Positions 18,277 through 29,053 are shown, counted from the stretch's first letter. The stretch is 64,000 bases of DNA from Actinobacillus sp. (GCA_041854605.1 JBHACP010000014.1:12845-76844), one strand, 5' to 3'. Notes: generated by a model from the letters alone, not told the origin. Translations and numbers: made by a program.

Positions 18277-19251
18277 TTAGCGAATAATTTTTTGTTTATA
18301 TCTATCAAAAATTACCGCAATTAACAAGATCAAACCACGTACCACATATTGGGCAAATGGTGAGATGTTCAATAAATTCATCGCATTTTCAATGGTTCCT
18401 AAAATGAGAACCCCTGCAATGATAAAGGAAATTTTTGCCACACCACCTGTTAATGAAACGCCCCCTAACACACAGGCAGAAATTGCCACTAATTCAAAAC
18501 CGACCGAGGTCATTGGCTGACCGCTTGTCATACGTGCGGCAAGAATGACACCAGCAAGGGCGGCAATCATACCTGATAAGACGAAAATAATCAGTTTGGT
18601 TCGATCGACGTTAATCCCTGCTAAGCGAGCTGCTTCTTCGTTTCCTCCAATGGCTAAGGTGTTGCGACCGTAGGTGGTTCTGCTAAGTAAGAAACCAAAA
18701 ATCGCAATGCAAATAATGGTGAACCAAATAGGCAGTGGAATACCAAGGAAATCTAAATAACCGATGTCAAAAAATTCCTCTTTGGTGATCCCCACCGCTT
18801 TACCATCAGAGATGATGTAGCCTAAACCGCGGGCAATTTGCATACTGGCAAGGGTGGTAATCAGAGAATTGATTTTAAGTTTTGCAATCACAAAACCATT
18901 AACTAATCCCACGGCAGCGCCCAAACTTACCCCTGCTAATACGCCCAACCAAACGCTTTGGGTAGCATTAATGGCGACGGCAGTCACCACACCCGCACAA
19001 GCGATTACCGAAGCAACCGATAAGTCAATTTCACCCGCTGCAAGGCAGAACAACATACCGCAAGCGACCATACCGCTCATTGAAATGGCTAAGCCTAAGC
19101 CCTTCATATTGATGACGGTGGCAAAATTAGGGATAAAAATACAAGAAGCTATAAAGATAACAAGGAAAATTAACAACATTCCATAAGCTGTCCAAATCCG
19201 ACTAAATGTACTGACAGGCTTTGTGGCTGAAATTGAACTAGACATAATCAT
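18277..19251 (-). CDS. araH: L-arabinose ABC transporter permease
   Basis: 324-aa polytopic membrane protein of the ribose/arabinose permease type, between araG and araC. Confidence 0.85.
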   Translation of the reverse strand: MIMSSSISATKPVSTFSRIWTAYGMLLIFLVIFIASCIFIPNFATVINMKGLGLAISMSGMVACGMLFCLAAGEIDLSVASVIACAGVVTAVAINATQSVWLGVLAGVSLGAAVGLVNGFVIAKLKINSLITTLASMQIARGLGYIISDGKAVGITKEEFFDIGYLDFLGIPLPIWFTIICIAIFGFLLSRTTYGRNTLAIGGNEEAARLAGINVDRTKLIIFVLSGMIAALAGVILAARMTSGQPMTSVGFELVAISACVLGGVSLTGGVAKISFIIAGVLILGTIENAMNLLNISPFAQYVVRGLILLIAVIFDRYKQKIIR

Positions 19252-19262
19252 TACCTCATTTT

Positions 19263-20762
19263 TTACTGTTCACTATTTACCATGGCGAGTTTTAAAATGC
19301 CTTCTTCGGTAGCATCTGCACGTTTTACTTCGCCAGTAATTTTGTGATTTTTCATCACCATAATGCGATCGGCTAGCCCAATCACTTCAGGCAAATCACT
19401 TGATACTACAATAATGGCAAATTTTTCGTCGGCTAATTTGAAGATCAAATCATAGATTTCCGATTTTGCCCCTACGTCGATACCACGGGTTGGTTCATCC
19501 AGTAATAACACTTTCACTTCTTCCGATAGCCAGCGTCCGAGAATTGCCTTTTGCTGATTACCACCTGATAAATTTACAATCAGCTGTTCAATCGACGGCG
19601 TTTTTACATTCATTTGTTGGCACTGAAATTCAGCATTTTGCGTTTCCCACTTATCATTGATGATAAATTTAAAGAAATTATGTAAGCGTCTGGCACTGAT
19701 ATTGATGTTTTCACCTACGGTAGCAGTTGGAATAATGCCTTCTTTTTTACGATCTTCAGGGCAGAGCACAATGCCTTGGCTGATTGCATCTTTGGGGCTT
19801 TGGATGGAAATTTCTTTGCCGTCTAATTGAATGGAGCCTTGAGTAATGGGATCGGCACCAAAAATGACTTTAAGCAATTCGGAACGCCCCGCACCGACTA
19901 AGCCGAACAAACCTAGCACTTCGCCCGCTCGTACCTGCAAATTAAAATCGCCCTGTAATTGCGTGCCAGACAGATGGGTTATTTTGAGGCGTTCTTCACC
20001 CAATTCTCTTTGGCGATAGTGATAAATATCGCCAAGGTTGCGCCCAACCATACTGCGGACAAGGTCATCGTTAGTAATTTTGGATAAATCCGAGAAGGTT
20101 TCGACAAAAGCCCCATCTTTCAATACGGTGATTTCGTCACTGATACGAAAGATTTCTTCCATACGGTGTGAAACATAAAGAATCACTTTCCCTTCCGCTT
20201 TTAATTCATTGATCACCGCAAAGAGTTTTTCGATTTCAGGAGCAGATAAGCTGCTGGTCGGCTCATCAAACGCAATGATTTTGGCTCCACGGCTTAATGC
20301 TTTGGCAATTTCGATCATTTGCCATTGCCCGATAGAAAGCTCTTTTAATGGCGTGGTGGGTAAAATATTGAGTTCTAATTTATCCAAGTAGAATTGCGTT
20401 CTTTCTTCTAGTTCTTTTTGATTCACCAAGCCAAATGTATGGGGAAATTGCCCGAGACATAAATTTTCTGCCACGGTCATTTCAGGCACGATGTTGAGTT
20501 CTTGATAAATAATCGCCACCCCTGCAAGTAGCGCATCTTTCGTATTGCGGAAATTGACGGTGCGCCCGCCAATATGCAATTTGCCTTCGGTGGCAGGGTA
20601 ATTTCCGCTGAGAATTTTCAATAAGGTTGATTTGCCCGCCCCATTTTCCCCCATTAAGGCGTGAACTTTTCCCTCATAGCATTTGAATGAAACGCCTTGC
20701 AAGGCTTTTACCCCAGGAAATTCTTTGTGGATATTGTCAAATTCTAAATAAGGAACTTGCAT
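19263..20762 (-). CDS. araG: L-arabinose ABC transporter ATP-binding protein (duplicated ATPase)
   Basis: Two Walker A / signature sets ([17 protein letters not shown]). The ATG at 20762 follows AAGGAG. The ORF-track start at 20780 is an extension. Confidence 0.9.
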   Translation of the reverse strand: MQVPYLEFDNIHKEFPGVKALQGVSFKCYEGKVHALMGENGAGKSTLLKILSGNYPATEGKLHIGGRTVNFRNTKDALLAGVAIIYQELNIVPEMTVAENLCLGQFPHTFGLVNQKELEERTQFYLDKLELNILPTTPLKELSIGQWQMIEIAKALSRGAKIIAFDEPTSSLSAPEIEKLFAVINELKAEGKVILYVSHRMEEIFRISDEITVLKDGAFVETFSDLSKITNDDLVRSMVGRNLGDIYHYRQRELGEERLKITHLSGTQLQGDFNLQVRAGEVLGLFGLVGAGRSELLKVIFGADPITQGSIQLDGKEISIQSPKDAISQGIVLCPEDRKKEGIIPTATVGENINISARRLHNFFKFIINDKWETQNAEFQCQQMNVKTPSIEQLIVNLSGGNQQKAILGRWLSEEVKVLLLDEPTRGIDVGAKSEIYDLIFKLADEKFAIIVVSSDLPEVIGLADRIMVMKNHKITGEVKRADATEEGILKLAMVNSEQ

Positions 20763-20831
20763 TTTATTTCTCCTTATCAAAACAAACTTGAGGTGCTGGC
20801 ATTTGGGTAAATGCCAGCAATTTGAGGTGGT

Positions 20832-21839
20832 TTATAGCCCTTTCTTATCTAACTCGGCACGGAAGTTTTCACGATTGAGCAACACGGGATCGCCAATTGG
20901 GGTGAATTTTGGTGGTTCAACCCCATCTTTTACCCATTTGTATAACATTTCGACACTGCGGTAGCCGTGTACGTCTGGGCTTGGTAATAATGAACCGACG
21001 AAGCCTGTTGCTTTCGGTTTGGAAAGTTCATTCACAGCATCAGTACCGTTGATACCAATCCCCACCACATTAGCAGGTTTAAAGCCCTGACCTTCAGTGG
21101 CACGCACACCCCCTAAAACGGTATTGTCGTTCATACCGACAATGAGCCAATTTTTCACTTCAGGGTGTTGTACTAACATCGAGTTGGCGGCATCTAAAGC
21201 CCCGGGAATATCGTTACTTTTGGTTGGTGATTTATAGATTTTTTCTTTCGGGAAGCCTGCTTTTATTAAGGCAGCAATCGAACCCTCCGTACGGCGACGA
21301 GCGGTATCAAGTTCATCGGCTGTAATGGCAAGCACAGCTGTATCTTTTACGTCCCATTTGCGGTTTTGCATTTCTTTATATAGTTCTTGACCTTGGCGTT
21401 CCCCAATTTCGGTGGCTGCCATCATAATTAACGGCACATTGGTCATTGGTTCGCCAGCGGCATTTAAGAATTGGTCATCGACTGTCACTACTTTCAAATC
21501 ATAAGCTCTCGCTTTTGCCATAATGGCTGGGCCAAGTTTTGGATCAGGCGTGCAAATAACAAAGCCTTTTGCACCGCTTGCAGCTAAATTATCAATAGCA
21601 TTTAAGGTTTTTTCGCCATCGGGGGCGGCAATTTTAATGATTTCTACGCCACCAATATCTTTGGCTGCTTTATCGGCAAAAAGCCATTCTGTTTGGAACC
21701 AAGGTTCTTCAGGTTGTTTCACCAAGAAGCCCAGTTTCATATTGTCGGCTGAATATGCCGCATTAGAATATAAACCTGTTACAGCAAGTACAGAAACCGC
21801 TAACAGTGATTTTAAAAAAGAACGTTTACTCGTTTTCAT
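20832..21839 (-). CDS. araF: L-arabinose-binding periplasmic protein
   Basis: 335 aa with a signal peptide. Periplasmic binding protein (LacI-type fold) at the head of araFGH. SD AAGGAG. Confidence 0.85.
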   Translation of the reverse strand: MKTSKRSFLKSLLAVSVLAVTGLYSNAAYSADNMKLGFLVKQPEEPWFQTEWLFADKAAKDIGGVEIIKIAAPDGEKTLNAIDNLAASGAKGFVICTPDPKLGPAIMAKARAYDLKVVTVDDQFLNAAGEPMTNVPLIMMAATEIGERQGQELYKEMQNRKWDVKDTAVLAITADELDTARRRTEGSIAALIKAGFPKEKIYKSPTKSNDIPGALDAANSMLVQHPEVKNWLIVGMNDNTVLGGVRATEGQGFKPANVVGIGINGTDAVNELSKPKATGFVGSLLPSPDVHGYRSVEMLYKWVKDGVEPPKFTPIGDPVLLNRENFRAELDKKGL

Positions 21840-21938
21840 ATTAAGCTCCTTGTAGGCATTAAAAATGCGATACGTTAATTGGATATTAATGATTGCTTAT
21901 TAGGCGAAAGGATAGTAACAAGGAATGTACGGCAATAT

Positions 21939-21954
21939 TGTGATCTAACTCACA
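21939..21954. promoter_or_regulatory. CRP site upstream of araF
   Basis: TGTGATCTAACTCACA, a perfect half-site pair. Confidence 0.65.
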
Positions 21955-22133
21955 AAATAAATTTATAGCAGAATAATCCATATATTCGACAAATCTATAC
22001 AGGTTTCAGCCATTTATTTTGTGTTAAGGAGAAAAATAACGCCTTGCAAGCGGTCAGAAAATCGTTATAATTTATGCGCAAATTTCAATTCGAAACTTAA
22101 ACGTAACTTTTGAAAAGTCATCTTGAGGTTAAA

Positions 22134-22892
22134 ATGTCCAAACGTAATACTCAGCAACGTCGCCAGCAAATTTTGCAAATGGTAGAAATGCAAGGTGAAG
22201 TGAGCGTGGAAACATTAGCAACCTTATTTGAAACCTCTGAGGTGACAATTCGTAAAGATTTGACCGCTTTAGAAGAAAGCGGTTTTTTATTGCGTCGTTA
22301 TGGTGGAGCGATAAAAATCCCCTCTGAATTGATCGAAGAGGAACACGAAAATCTTTCGATTCAGAAGTTAGCGATTGCCAAAGCAGCTAACGAGATTATT
22401 CGCGATCACAATCGTATTATTATTGATAGTGGTTCAACCACTGGTGCTTTGGTGAAGGCCTTAAATCATTCGGGTTTAGTCGTGATGACTAACTCGCTCT
22501 CATTAGCTTCGGAACTGACAACGCTAGAATGCGAGCCAACGGTGTTGATGACAGGTGGAACTTGGGATGCCCGTTCCGAATCCTTCCAAGGGAAAGTGGC
22601 TGAAAGCGTGTTACGTTCTTATGACTTCGACCAGCTTTTTATTGGGGCGGATGGCTTAGATTTAACCCGTGGCACAACCACATTCAACGAGCTAATTGGC
22701 TTAAGCCAAGTAATGGCAGAAGTGAGCCGTGAAGTGATCGTGTTGATCGAGTCACAAAAAATTGGCAGAAAAATGCCAAATTTGGAATTAGCGTGGAATC
22801 AAATTCACACCATTATCACTGACAATCAAATAAATTCCGAAACGAAAGAACGAATCGAAAAATTGGGTGTCAGCTTAATTATTGCAAATTAA
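22134..22892 (+). CDS. DeoR-family transcriptional regulator
   Basis: N-terminal HTH (QRRQQILQMVEMQGEVSVETLATLFETSEVTIRKDLTALEESG) plus a DeoR C-terminal sensor domain. The specific regulon cannot be determined from the sequence. Confidence 0.85.
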   Translation: MSKRNTQQRRQQILQMVEMQGEVSVETLATLFETSEVTIRKDLTALEESGFLLRRYGGAIKIPSELIEEEHENLSIQKLAIAKAANEIIRDHNRIIIDSGSTTGALVKALNHSGLVVMTNSLSLASELTTLECEPTVLMTGGTWDARSESFQGKVAESVLRSYDFDQLFIGADGLDLTRGTTTFNELIGLSQVMAEVSREVIVLIESQKIGRKMPNLELAWNQIHTIITDNQINSETKERIEKLGVSLIIAN

Positions 22893-22923
22893 CTTTTTAA
22901 ACTTTAACAAAAGGAATTAAATT

Positions 22924-24756
22924 ATGTGCGGAATTGTTGGTGCAGTAGCACAACGTGATGTAGCAGGAATCTTGGTTGATGGTTTACACCGTTTAGAGTA
23001 TCGTGGTTATGACTCTGCGGGTGTCGCTGTGTTAGGTGCAGATAAAAAAATGTATATCGTGCGCCGTGTAGGGAAAGTCAAAGCCTTAGATGATGCGTTA
23101 GAATCAAGTCCATTATTAGGTGGCACAGGGATCGCACACACACGTTGGGCAACCCATGGGGAACCATCAGAAAATAATGCGCACCCTCATCGCTCTGGCA
23201 AAATTGCTGTGGTGCATAATGGTATCATCGAAAACTACGAAGAGTTAAAAGTGGTACTTCAAGAACGTGGTTATGTATTTCAATCTCAAACTGATACTGA
23301 AGTTATTGCACACTTAGTAGAGTGGGAACTTCGTACTGCTAAATCTTTATTAGAAGCGGTACAGAAAACCGTAAAACAATTACGTGGTGCATACGGTACA
23401 GTAGTATTAAACGAAGAAGAGCCAGAGCATTTGATCGTAGCACGTTCAGGATCACCGCTTGTTATCGGTTATGGTATTGGCGAGAACTTCTTAGCTTCAG
23501 ACCCATTAGCCTTATTAAGCGTGACTCGCCGTTTTGCTTATCTTGAAGAAGGTGATGTGGCAGAAATCACTCGCACAACGGTAGATATTTACGATTGTGA
23601 AGGTAAGAAAGTTACCCGTGAAATTCACGAAGGTAATTTCGAAGCGGACGCAGCGGATAAAGGTCAGTATCGTCACTATATGCAGAAAGAAATTTTCGAG
23701 CAACCAGTGGCAATTATGAATACTTTAGATGGTCGTATCGTAAATGGTAAAGTGAATATTGATGCAATAGCTCCAAATGCACGTGAGATTTTAGGTAAAG
23801 TACAACACGTTCAAATCGTGGCTTGTGGTACTTCATATAATGCAGGTATGGTGGCGCGCTATTGGTTTGAAGCAATCGCAGGTGTGAGTTGTGACGTGGA
23901 AATCGCCTCAGAATTCCGTTACCGCAAATTCGTCACTCGCCCGAACAGTTTATTGATCACACTTTCACAATCAGGTGAAACCGCTGATACTTTAGCCGCA
24001 TTACGTTTAGCGAAAGAATCTGGCTATATGGCGGCGATGACGATTTGTAACGTAGCAAGTTCTTCATTAGTACGTGAATCAGATTTTGCATTTTTGACTC
24101 GTGCTGGCGTAGAAATTGGCGTTGCTTCAACTAAAGCATTTACCACTCAATTAACCTGTATGTTGTTGTTAAATGCGGCAATCGGTCGTTTAAATGGTAA
24201 TGTATCGGAAGAGCAAGAGCACCATATTATTCAATGTTTACAACGCTTACCAGCACAAATTGAATCTGCATTAGTGTTTGATAAACAAATTGAAAAATTA
24301 TCGGAAGATTTTGCCGATAAACACCACACTTTATTTTTAGGTCGTGGCGAATATTACCCAATCGCAATGGAATCAGCGTTGAAACTGAAAGAAATTTCAT
24401 ACATCCACGCCGAAGCCTATGCCGCAGGTGAATTAAAACATGGTCCATTAGCCTTAATCGACAATGATATGCCTGTAGTTGTCGTTGCGCCTGAAAACGA
24501 CTTATTAGAAAAAGTGAAATCAAACATCGAAGAGGTACGAGCCCGTGGCGGTCAATTATATGTTTTCGCCGATCACGATGCAGGCTTTGAAGAAGCGGAG
24601 GGTTTCAAAACCATTGTGTTACCGAAAGTCGATGAAGTCACTGCACCAATTTTCTACACCGTGCCGTTACAATTACTTTCATACCACATCGCTTTAATCA
24701 AAGGCACCGACGTGGATCAACCTCGTAACCTTGCGAAAGCAGTGACTGTGGAGTAA
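22924..24756 (+). CDS. glmS: Glutamine--fructose-6-phosphate aminotransferase
   Basis: MCGIVGAV... is the Ntn amidotransferase start. Two SIS domains follow, and the protein ends KAVTVE. 610 aa. Confidence 0.97.
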   Translation: MCGIVGAVAQRDVAGILVDGLHRLEYRGYDSAGVAVLGADKKMYIVRRVGKVKALDDALESSPLLGGTGIAHTRWATHGEPSENNAHPHRSGKIAVVHNGIIENYEELKVVLQERGYVFQSQTDTEVIAHLVEWELRTAKSLLEAVQKTVKQLRGAYGTVVLNEEEPEHLIVARSGSPLVIGYGIGENFLASDPLALLSVTRRFAYLEEGDVAEITRTTVDIYDCEGKKVTREIHEGNFEADAADKGQYRHYMQKEIFEQPVAIMNTLDGRIVNGKVNIDAIAPNAREILGKVQHVQIVACGTSYNAGMVARYWFEAIAGVSCDVEIASEFRYRKFVTRPNSLLITLSQSGETADTLAALRLAKESGYMAAMTICNVASSSLVRESDFAFLTRAGVEIGVASTKAFTTQLTCMLLLNAAIGRLNGNVSEEQEHHIIQCLQRLPAQIESALVFDKQIEKLSEDFADKHHTLFLGRGEYYPIAMESALKLKEISYIHAEAYAAGELKHGPLALIDNDMPVVVVAPENDLLEKVKSNIEEVRARGGQLYVFADHDAGFEEAEGFKTIVLPKVDEVTAPIFYTVPLQLLSYHIALIKGTDVDQPRNLAKAVTVE

Positions 24757-24847
24757 TTTCTTAATACAACCAAGCCCAAACGAAAGTTTGGGCTTTTTAT
24801 CTCTACAAGCGGTCGAATTTCTTCCATTTTTTGCAATTAAGATAACA

Positions 24848-25954
24848 ATGAAACTGAACATTCAACTTGCACAAAATATAGTAAAACGTACGATGCAGAT
24901 TATTCCTCATTCCGTCAATGTAATGGATGATGATGGTGTAATTATCGCCTCTGGCGATCCTCCTCGTATTGGACAACGCCATTCAGGTGCTGTGATGGCA
25001 TTGCGTAAAAGCCAAATGATAGAAATTGATGAAGCACTTGAAAAACTGTGGTGTTTTGAAGTGAAGCAAGGCATAAACTTGCCGATTACTTATCTTAATT
25101 CAAATATTGGTGTAGTTGGAATTTCAGGAGAGCCTCAAATTGTTCGTCATTATGCTGAATTAGTTAAAATGGCGGCGGAATTGATGGTTGAACAAGAGGC
25201 TCGTTTGGAACAAGAACGCTGGCAGAGCCGTTATAAAGAAGAGTTTGTATTAAGTTTAGCTAAAGGTAAGCTAACGGCAGATGAAATTACAGAACAAGCG
25301 GTCTTTTTTGGCTTAAATTTTGCTAATCCTTATGTAGTTGTGATGATTAAACTCAATGAATCAAATGCGGAACAGCTACAAATTTTATTGGCACATTTAG
25401 CTCATCATTATCCAAATCTAGCAACTGCGGTAGTAGATTTGCAAAAAATCTTGATAATTCAACCGCTTGAAAGGCTTGAATTAAGTGTCAAAACCAGTTT
25501 TTGGCAACGCTATTTACCCCATGATTTCTCATTGCTATGTAAAATTGTTATTGGTCATCCTGTTCCCAATCTGATAGAAGTTCCCTTTTCTTATCATACG
25601 GCATTACATACTTTGCAATATGCTGATCATCACCGCTCGAAGAAGCAATTGCTGTTTTTTACTGATCATAAGGCGCCAGCGCTATTGGCGGATTTTGCAC
25701 AAACTTGGCAAGCTAAAGTGTTATTTCAGCCACTGGAAAAGTTGCGTGAACAAGATGAAAAACAGGTGTTATTTAAAACGCTCACCCAATATTTTTTGTC
25801 AAATTGTGATCTAGCTCACGCTTCTAAAAAATTGTTTATTCATCCTAATACTTTGCGTTATCGAATGGATAAAATTGAGCAAATAACATCCTTATCTTTC
25901 AATAAGATAGAGGGAAGAGTCATCCTTTATTTAGGGGCATTGTTGTTAAAGTAA
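24848..25954 (+). CDS. cdaR: Sugar diacid regulator CdaR (PucR family)
   Basis: AQNIVKRTMQIIPHSVNVMDDDGVIIASGDPPRIGQRHSGA matches the E. coli CdaR N-terminus. C-terminal HTH (LFIHPNTLRYRMDKIEQIT). Upstream of the GntP permease and glycerate kinase genes. Confidence 0.85.
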   Translation: MKLNIQLAQNIVKRTMQIIPHSVNVMDDDGVIIASGDPPRIGQRHSGAVMALRKSQMIEIDEALEKLWCFEVKQGINLPITYLNSNIGVVGISGEPQIVRHYAELVKMAAELMVEQEARLEQERWQSRYKEEFVLSLAKGKLTADEITEQAVFFGLNFANPYVVVMIKLNESNAEQLQILLAHLAHHYPNLATAVVDLQKILIIQPLERLELSVKTSFWQRYLPHDFSLLCKIVIGHPVPNLIEVPFSYHTALHTLQYADHHRSKKQLLFFTDHKAPALLADFAQTWQAKVLFQPLEKLREQDEKQVLFKTLTQYFLSNCDLAHASKKLFIHPNTLRYRMDKIEQITSLSFNKIEGRVILYLGALLLK

Positions 25955-25974
25955 TTTGTAAAAATATACAAAAA

Positions 25975-26001
25975 AGCAGCCAGATATGGCTGCTTTTTTT
26001 G
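25975..26001 (+). terminator. Intrinsic terminator after cdaR
   Basis: AGCAGCCA-GATA-TGGCTGCT followed by TTTTTTT. Confidence 0.8.
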
Positions 26002-26074
26002 TGATTTTAAACAACGCAATTTGGTCATGAAATCTGCATAATGAGGGCGGTTTATTTTTTATGAGGAAAACATT

Positions 26075-27337
26075 ATGGTCTCTGTTACAGCCATTGGAGC
26101 AATTGTCGCTTTATCAGTTGCAATTGCGCTTATTCTGAAAAAAGTCCCACCAGCGTACGGCATGCTAATTGGTGCATTGGTCGGTGGTTTAGTCGGTAGT
26201 GCAAGTTTATCTGATACGGTGAGTTTAATGATTAGCGGCGCGCAAGGTATTACTACTGCTGTAATGCGTATTTTAGCAGCAGGTGTGTTAGCAGGCGTAC
26301 TGATTGAATCGGGGGCAGCAAGCACGATTGCGGAAACGATTGTGAAAAAATTAGGCGAAACTCGTGCTTTATTAGCACTGGTACTTTCAACAATGATTTT
26401 AACAGCGGTCGGTGTTTTTGTGGATGTAGCAGTTATTACGGTTTCACCGATTGCACTTGCTTTAGCAAAACGAGGTGGTTTATCAAAAGCTGCTATTTTG
26501 TTAGCTATGATTGGTGGTGGTAAAGCTGGAAATATTATGTCGCCAAACCCCAATGCTATTGCCGCATCAGATGCCTTCCATATCCCATTAACTTCAGTGA
26601 TGGCGGCAGGAATTACTCCAGCAGTCTTTGGTGTAGTTCTTACTTATTTTTTAGCTAAGCGTTTAATCAATAAAGGCTCTTTGGTCGCAAAGGCAGAGGT
26701 GTCTGAAAGTTCAACGCAAGCACTCCCAGCATTTCTCCCTGCAATTATTGCCCCGCTTTTTGCTATTGTTTTATTAGCATTACGCCCGTTAGCGGATATT
26801 AAAATCGATCCGCTCATCGCATTGCCACTAGGCGGAATTGTTGGTGCTTTAGCAATGGGCAAAATTAAACAAGTGAGCCAATTTGCAACTTCAGGCTTAC
26901 TAAAAATGGCACCTGTTGCCATTATGTTACTGGGTACTGGTGCATTAGCAGGAATTATTTCAAATTCAGGTTTAAAAGATTTATTGATTAACGGTTTAAG
27001 TGCTTCAGGTTTACCTTCTTATGTGCTGGCACCAATTTCAGGGGCGTTAATGTCATTTGCAACCGCTTCAACAACAGCCGGCACAGCTGTCGCTTCAAAT
27101 GTGTTTAGCGCAACTTTATTAGAATTAGGTGTGTCAGGATTAGCAGGTGCAGCGATGATTCACGCTGGGGCAACAGTGCTTGACCATATGCCTCATGGTT
27201 CTTTCTTCCACGCAACAGGTGGTAGTGTGAATATGGACATTAAAGAACGCTTAAAACTTATTCCGTATGAAACAACCGTTGGTTTGATGATGACGATTAT
27301 TTCAACCCTTATTTTCGGCGTATTTAAATTATTCTAG
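26075..27337 (+). CDS. GntP-family permease (glycerate/gluconate-type transporter)
   Basis: 420-aa polytopic membrane protein. Adjacent to glycerate kinase and cdaR. Confidence 0.8.
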   Translation: MVSVTAIGAIVALSVAIALILKKVPPAYGMLIGALVGGLVGSASLSDTVSLMISGAQGITTAVMRILAAGVLAGVLIESGAASTIAETIVKKLGETRALLALVLSTMILTAVGVFVDVAVITVSPIALALAKRGGLSKAAILLAMIGGGKAGNIMSPNPNAIAASDAFHIPLTSVMAAGITPAVFGVVLTYFLAKRLINKGSLVAKAEVSESSTQALPAFLPAIIAPLFAIVLLALRPLADIKIDPLIALPLGGIVGALAMGKIKQVSQFATSGLLKMAPVAIMLLGTGALAGIISNSGLKDLLINGLSASGLPSYVLAPISGALMSFATASTTAGTAVASNVFSATLLELGVSGLAGAAMIHAGATVLDHMPHGSFFHATGGSVNMDIKERLKLIPYETTVGLMMTIISTLIFGVFKLF

Positions 27338-27345
27338 GAGAATTT

Positions 27346-28485
27346 ATGAAAATTGTTATTGCACCTGATTCATTCAAAGAGAGCCTTACCGCATTAGAGG
27401 TGGCAGAATCAATAGAAACTGGCTTTAAGCAAATTTTTCCTGATGCTGAATATGTAAAAGTGCCTATGGCAGATGGAGGCGAAGGTTCGGTTCAGTCATT
27501 GATTGATGCGACGCAAGGTGAATTCGTTGAAGTCGAAGTAACCGCACCATTAGGTAATAAAGTAACAGGCTTTTTGGGTATTTCTGGCGATAAACAGACC
27601 GCTTTCATCGAAATGGCTGCAGCTTCAGGTTTACATTTAGTGCCTTTTGAATCTCGTAACCCATTGAAAACAACTAGCTTTGGTACTGGAGAATTAATTA
27701 AAAAAGCCCTTGACTTAGGGGTAAAGAAAATTCTACTAGGTATCGGTGGTAGTGCAACCAATGATGGCGGTGTGGGTATGTTACAAGCACTTGGTATTTC
27801 ATTTAAAAATGCCAATGGTGAAGAAATTAGTTTTGGTGGTGAAGCATTAAGTCAAATTGCTTCCATTTCGATTGAAAATCTTGAGCCTCGTTTAGCAGAA
27901 GTGGAATTTGAAGTTGCGTGTGATGTGAATAACCTCTTGTGTGGTGAACTTGGTGCCTCTGCCGTATTTGGACCGCAAAAAGGGGCGACACCAGCAATGG
28001 TGCTAACGTTAGATAATGCACTTGCTCACTTTGCTAAAGTGGCTAAAGCACAATTAGGTGTAAATATTAAGGATAAAGCTGGTGCAGGTGCAGCAGGCGG
28101 TATGGGTGGCGGTTTGTTATTACTTCCTCATGCTCAGCTGAAAGCGGGGGTACAAATTATTATTGAAGCAACAAAACTTGCTGAGCATGTTAAAGATGCT
28201 GACTTGGTGATAACAGGTGAAGGACGAATGGATGCACAAAGCATCGCAGGTAAAACCCCTGTTGGGGTAGCAAAAACAGCAAAACAGTTTGATAAACCTG
28301 TAATTGCAATTGTTGGGTGCTTACGTGAAGATTATAACGTAGTTTACCAACACGGCATTGATGCAGTATTCCCAATTATTCGTAACCTTGGCTCACTTGA
28401 GACTACTCTAGCAAAAGGTAAAGAAAACCTTACATCAAGTGCAGAAAATGTTGCAAGATTATTGACACTATCAGTGATGAGATAG
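27346..28485 (+). CDS. glxK: Glycerate kinase
   Basis: MKIVIAPDSFKESLTALEVA...PMADGGEGSV...ITGEGRMDAQSIAGKTPVGVA is the typical glycerate kinase family pattern (GlxK/GarK). Which paralog it is remains uncertain. Confidence 0.88.
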   Translation: MKIVIAPDSFKESLTALEVAESIETGFKQIFPDAEYVKVPMADGGEGSVQSLIDATQGEFVEVEVTAPLGNKVTGFLGISGDKQTAFIEMAAASGLHLVPFESRNPLKTTSFGTGELIKKALDLGVKKILLGIGGSATNDGGVGMLQALGISFKNANGEEISFGGEALSQIASISIENLEPRLAEVEFEVACDVNNLLCGELGASAVFGPQKGATPAMVLTLDNALAHFAKVAKAQLGVNIKDKAGAGAAGGMGGGLLLLPHAQLKAGVQIIIEATKLAEHVKDADLVITGEGRMDAQSIAGKTPVGVAKTAKQFDKPVIAIVGCLREDYNVVYQHGIDAVFPIIRNLGSLETTLAKGKENLTSSAENVARLLTLSVMR

Positions 28486-28602
28486 TTTATCATTCCACAA
28501 ATGCGGTTAAATTTTGAAAATTTAGCCGCTTTTTTATGGAAAAATTTGAAAAGATCAAACTTTTGTACAGTATGGCTCGTATTCTAACTATTTAGGAATA
28601 AT

Positions 28603-28734
28603 ATGTTACTCATTAGTGACCCCAAATATGGCAATACGCCTTATTTAGAGCATTGCCCATGGTTGCAGAATTTTTTAGTAGATTGTAAAAGTAAGAAAAT
28701 TGCTTTTGTGCCTTATACTGGTGTGAGTATATAA
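28603..28734 (+). pseudogene. pepE: pepE (dipeptidase E) 5-prime stump, 43 codons
   Basis: [43 protein letters not shown] resembles the E. coli PepE N-terminus ([38 protein letters not shown]). It then stops. The full-length protein is about 230 aa. Confidence 0.55.
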
Positions 28735-28856
28735 AATAAACAAAATTAAACGATTTCTTACACCTAGTACGGCGAAGCCGTGCTAGGGTTCAGAGTGCTT
28801 GAATTTTATACTTAAAAGATAAACAGCCTCTATATAAAAATAAATTGGCTGAAAAA

Positions 28857-28872
28857 TGTGATCAAGATCACA
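28857..28872. promoter_or_regulatory. CRP site 1 upstream of mtlA
   Basis: TGTGATCAAGATCACA, perfect. Confidence 0.7.
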
Positions 28873-28897
28873 TTTTTTATTGGATGAAAATTAAAAG

Positions 28898-28913
28898 TGT
28901 GATCTCGATCACA
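28898..28913. promoter_or_regulatory. CRP site 2 upstream of mtlA
   Basis: TGTGATCTCGATCACA, perfect. Confidence 0.7.
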
Positions 28914-28940
28914 TTTTTATAATTAGTCCAAAAGATTTAA

Positions 28941-28956
28941 TGTGATCTACTTCACA
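28941..28956. promoter_or_regulatory. CRP site 3 upstream of mtlA
   Basis: TGTGATCTACTTCACA, perfect. Confidence 0.7.
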
Positions 28957-29053
28957 TTTCTGATATAAATCTTTTGGTGCCTAGCTAAACTGATGATACC
29001 TTATGCACAGATTTTAACTTTTCAAATCTCTTGCTGTGATTTAGGAGCAGTTT

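Noticed and set aside
25805-25820. CRP-like sequence TGTGATCTAGCTCACG inside the 3-prime part of cdaR
   Set aside because: It lies within coding sequence, upstream of the cdaR terminator and about 270 nt from the gntP-like start. That is too far, and on the wrong side of a terminator, for a conventional CRP-dependent promoter. It may be a chance match or a weak site.
26059-26553. 164-aa minus-strand ORF, and many similar antisense ORFs (for example 12387-12725, 29248-29634, 31060-31476, 34533-34904, 36384-36818, 52520-53017, 54665-55189, 57338-57703)
   Set aside because: Each lies entirely antisense to a gene with strong family-level identification. They lack ribosome-binding sites and have the low-complexity, Ala/Ser/Pro-rich composition typical of shadow ORFs.
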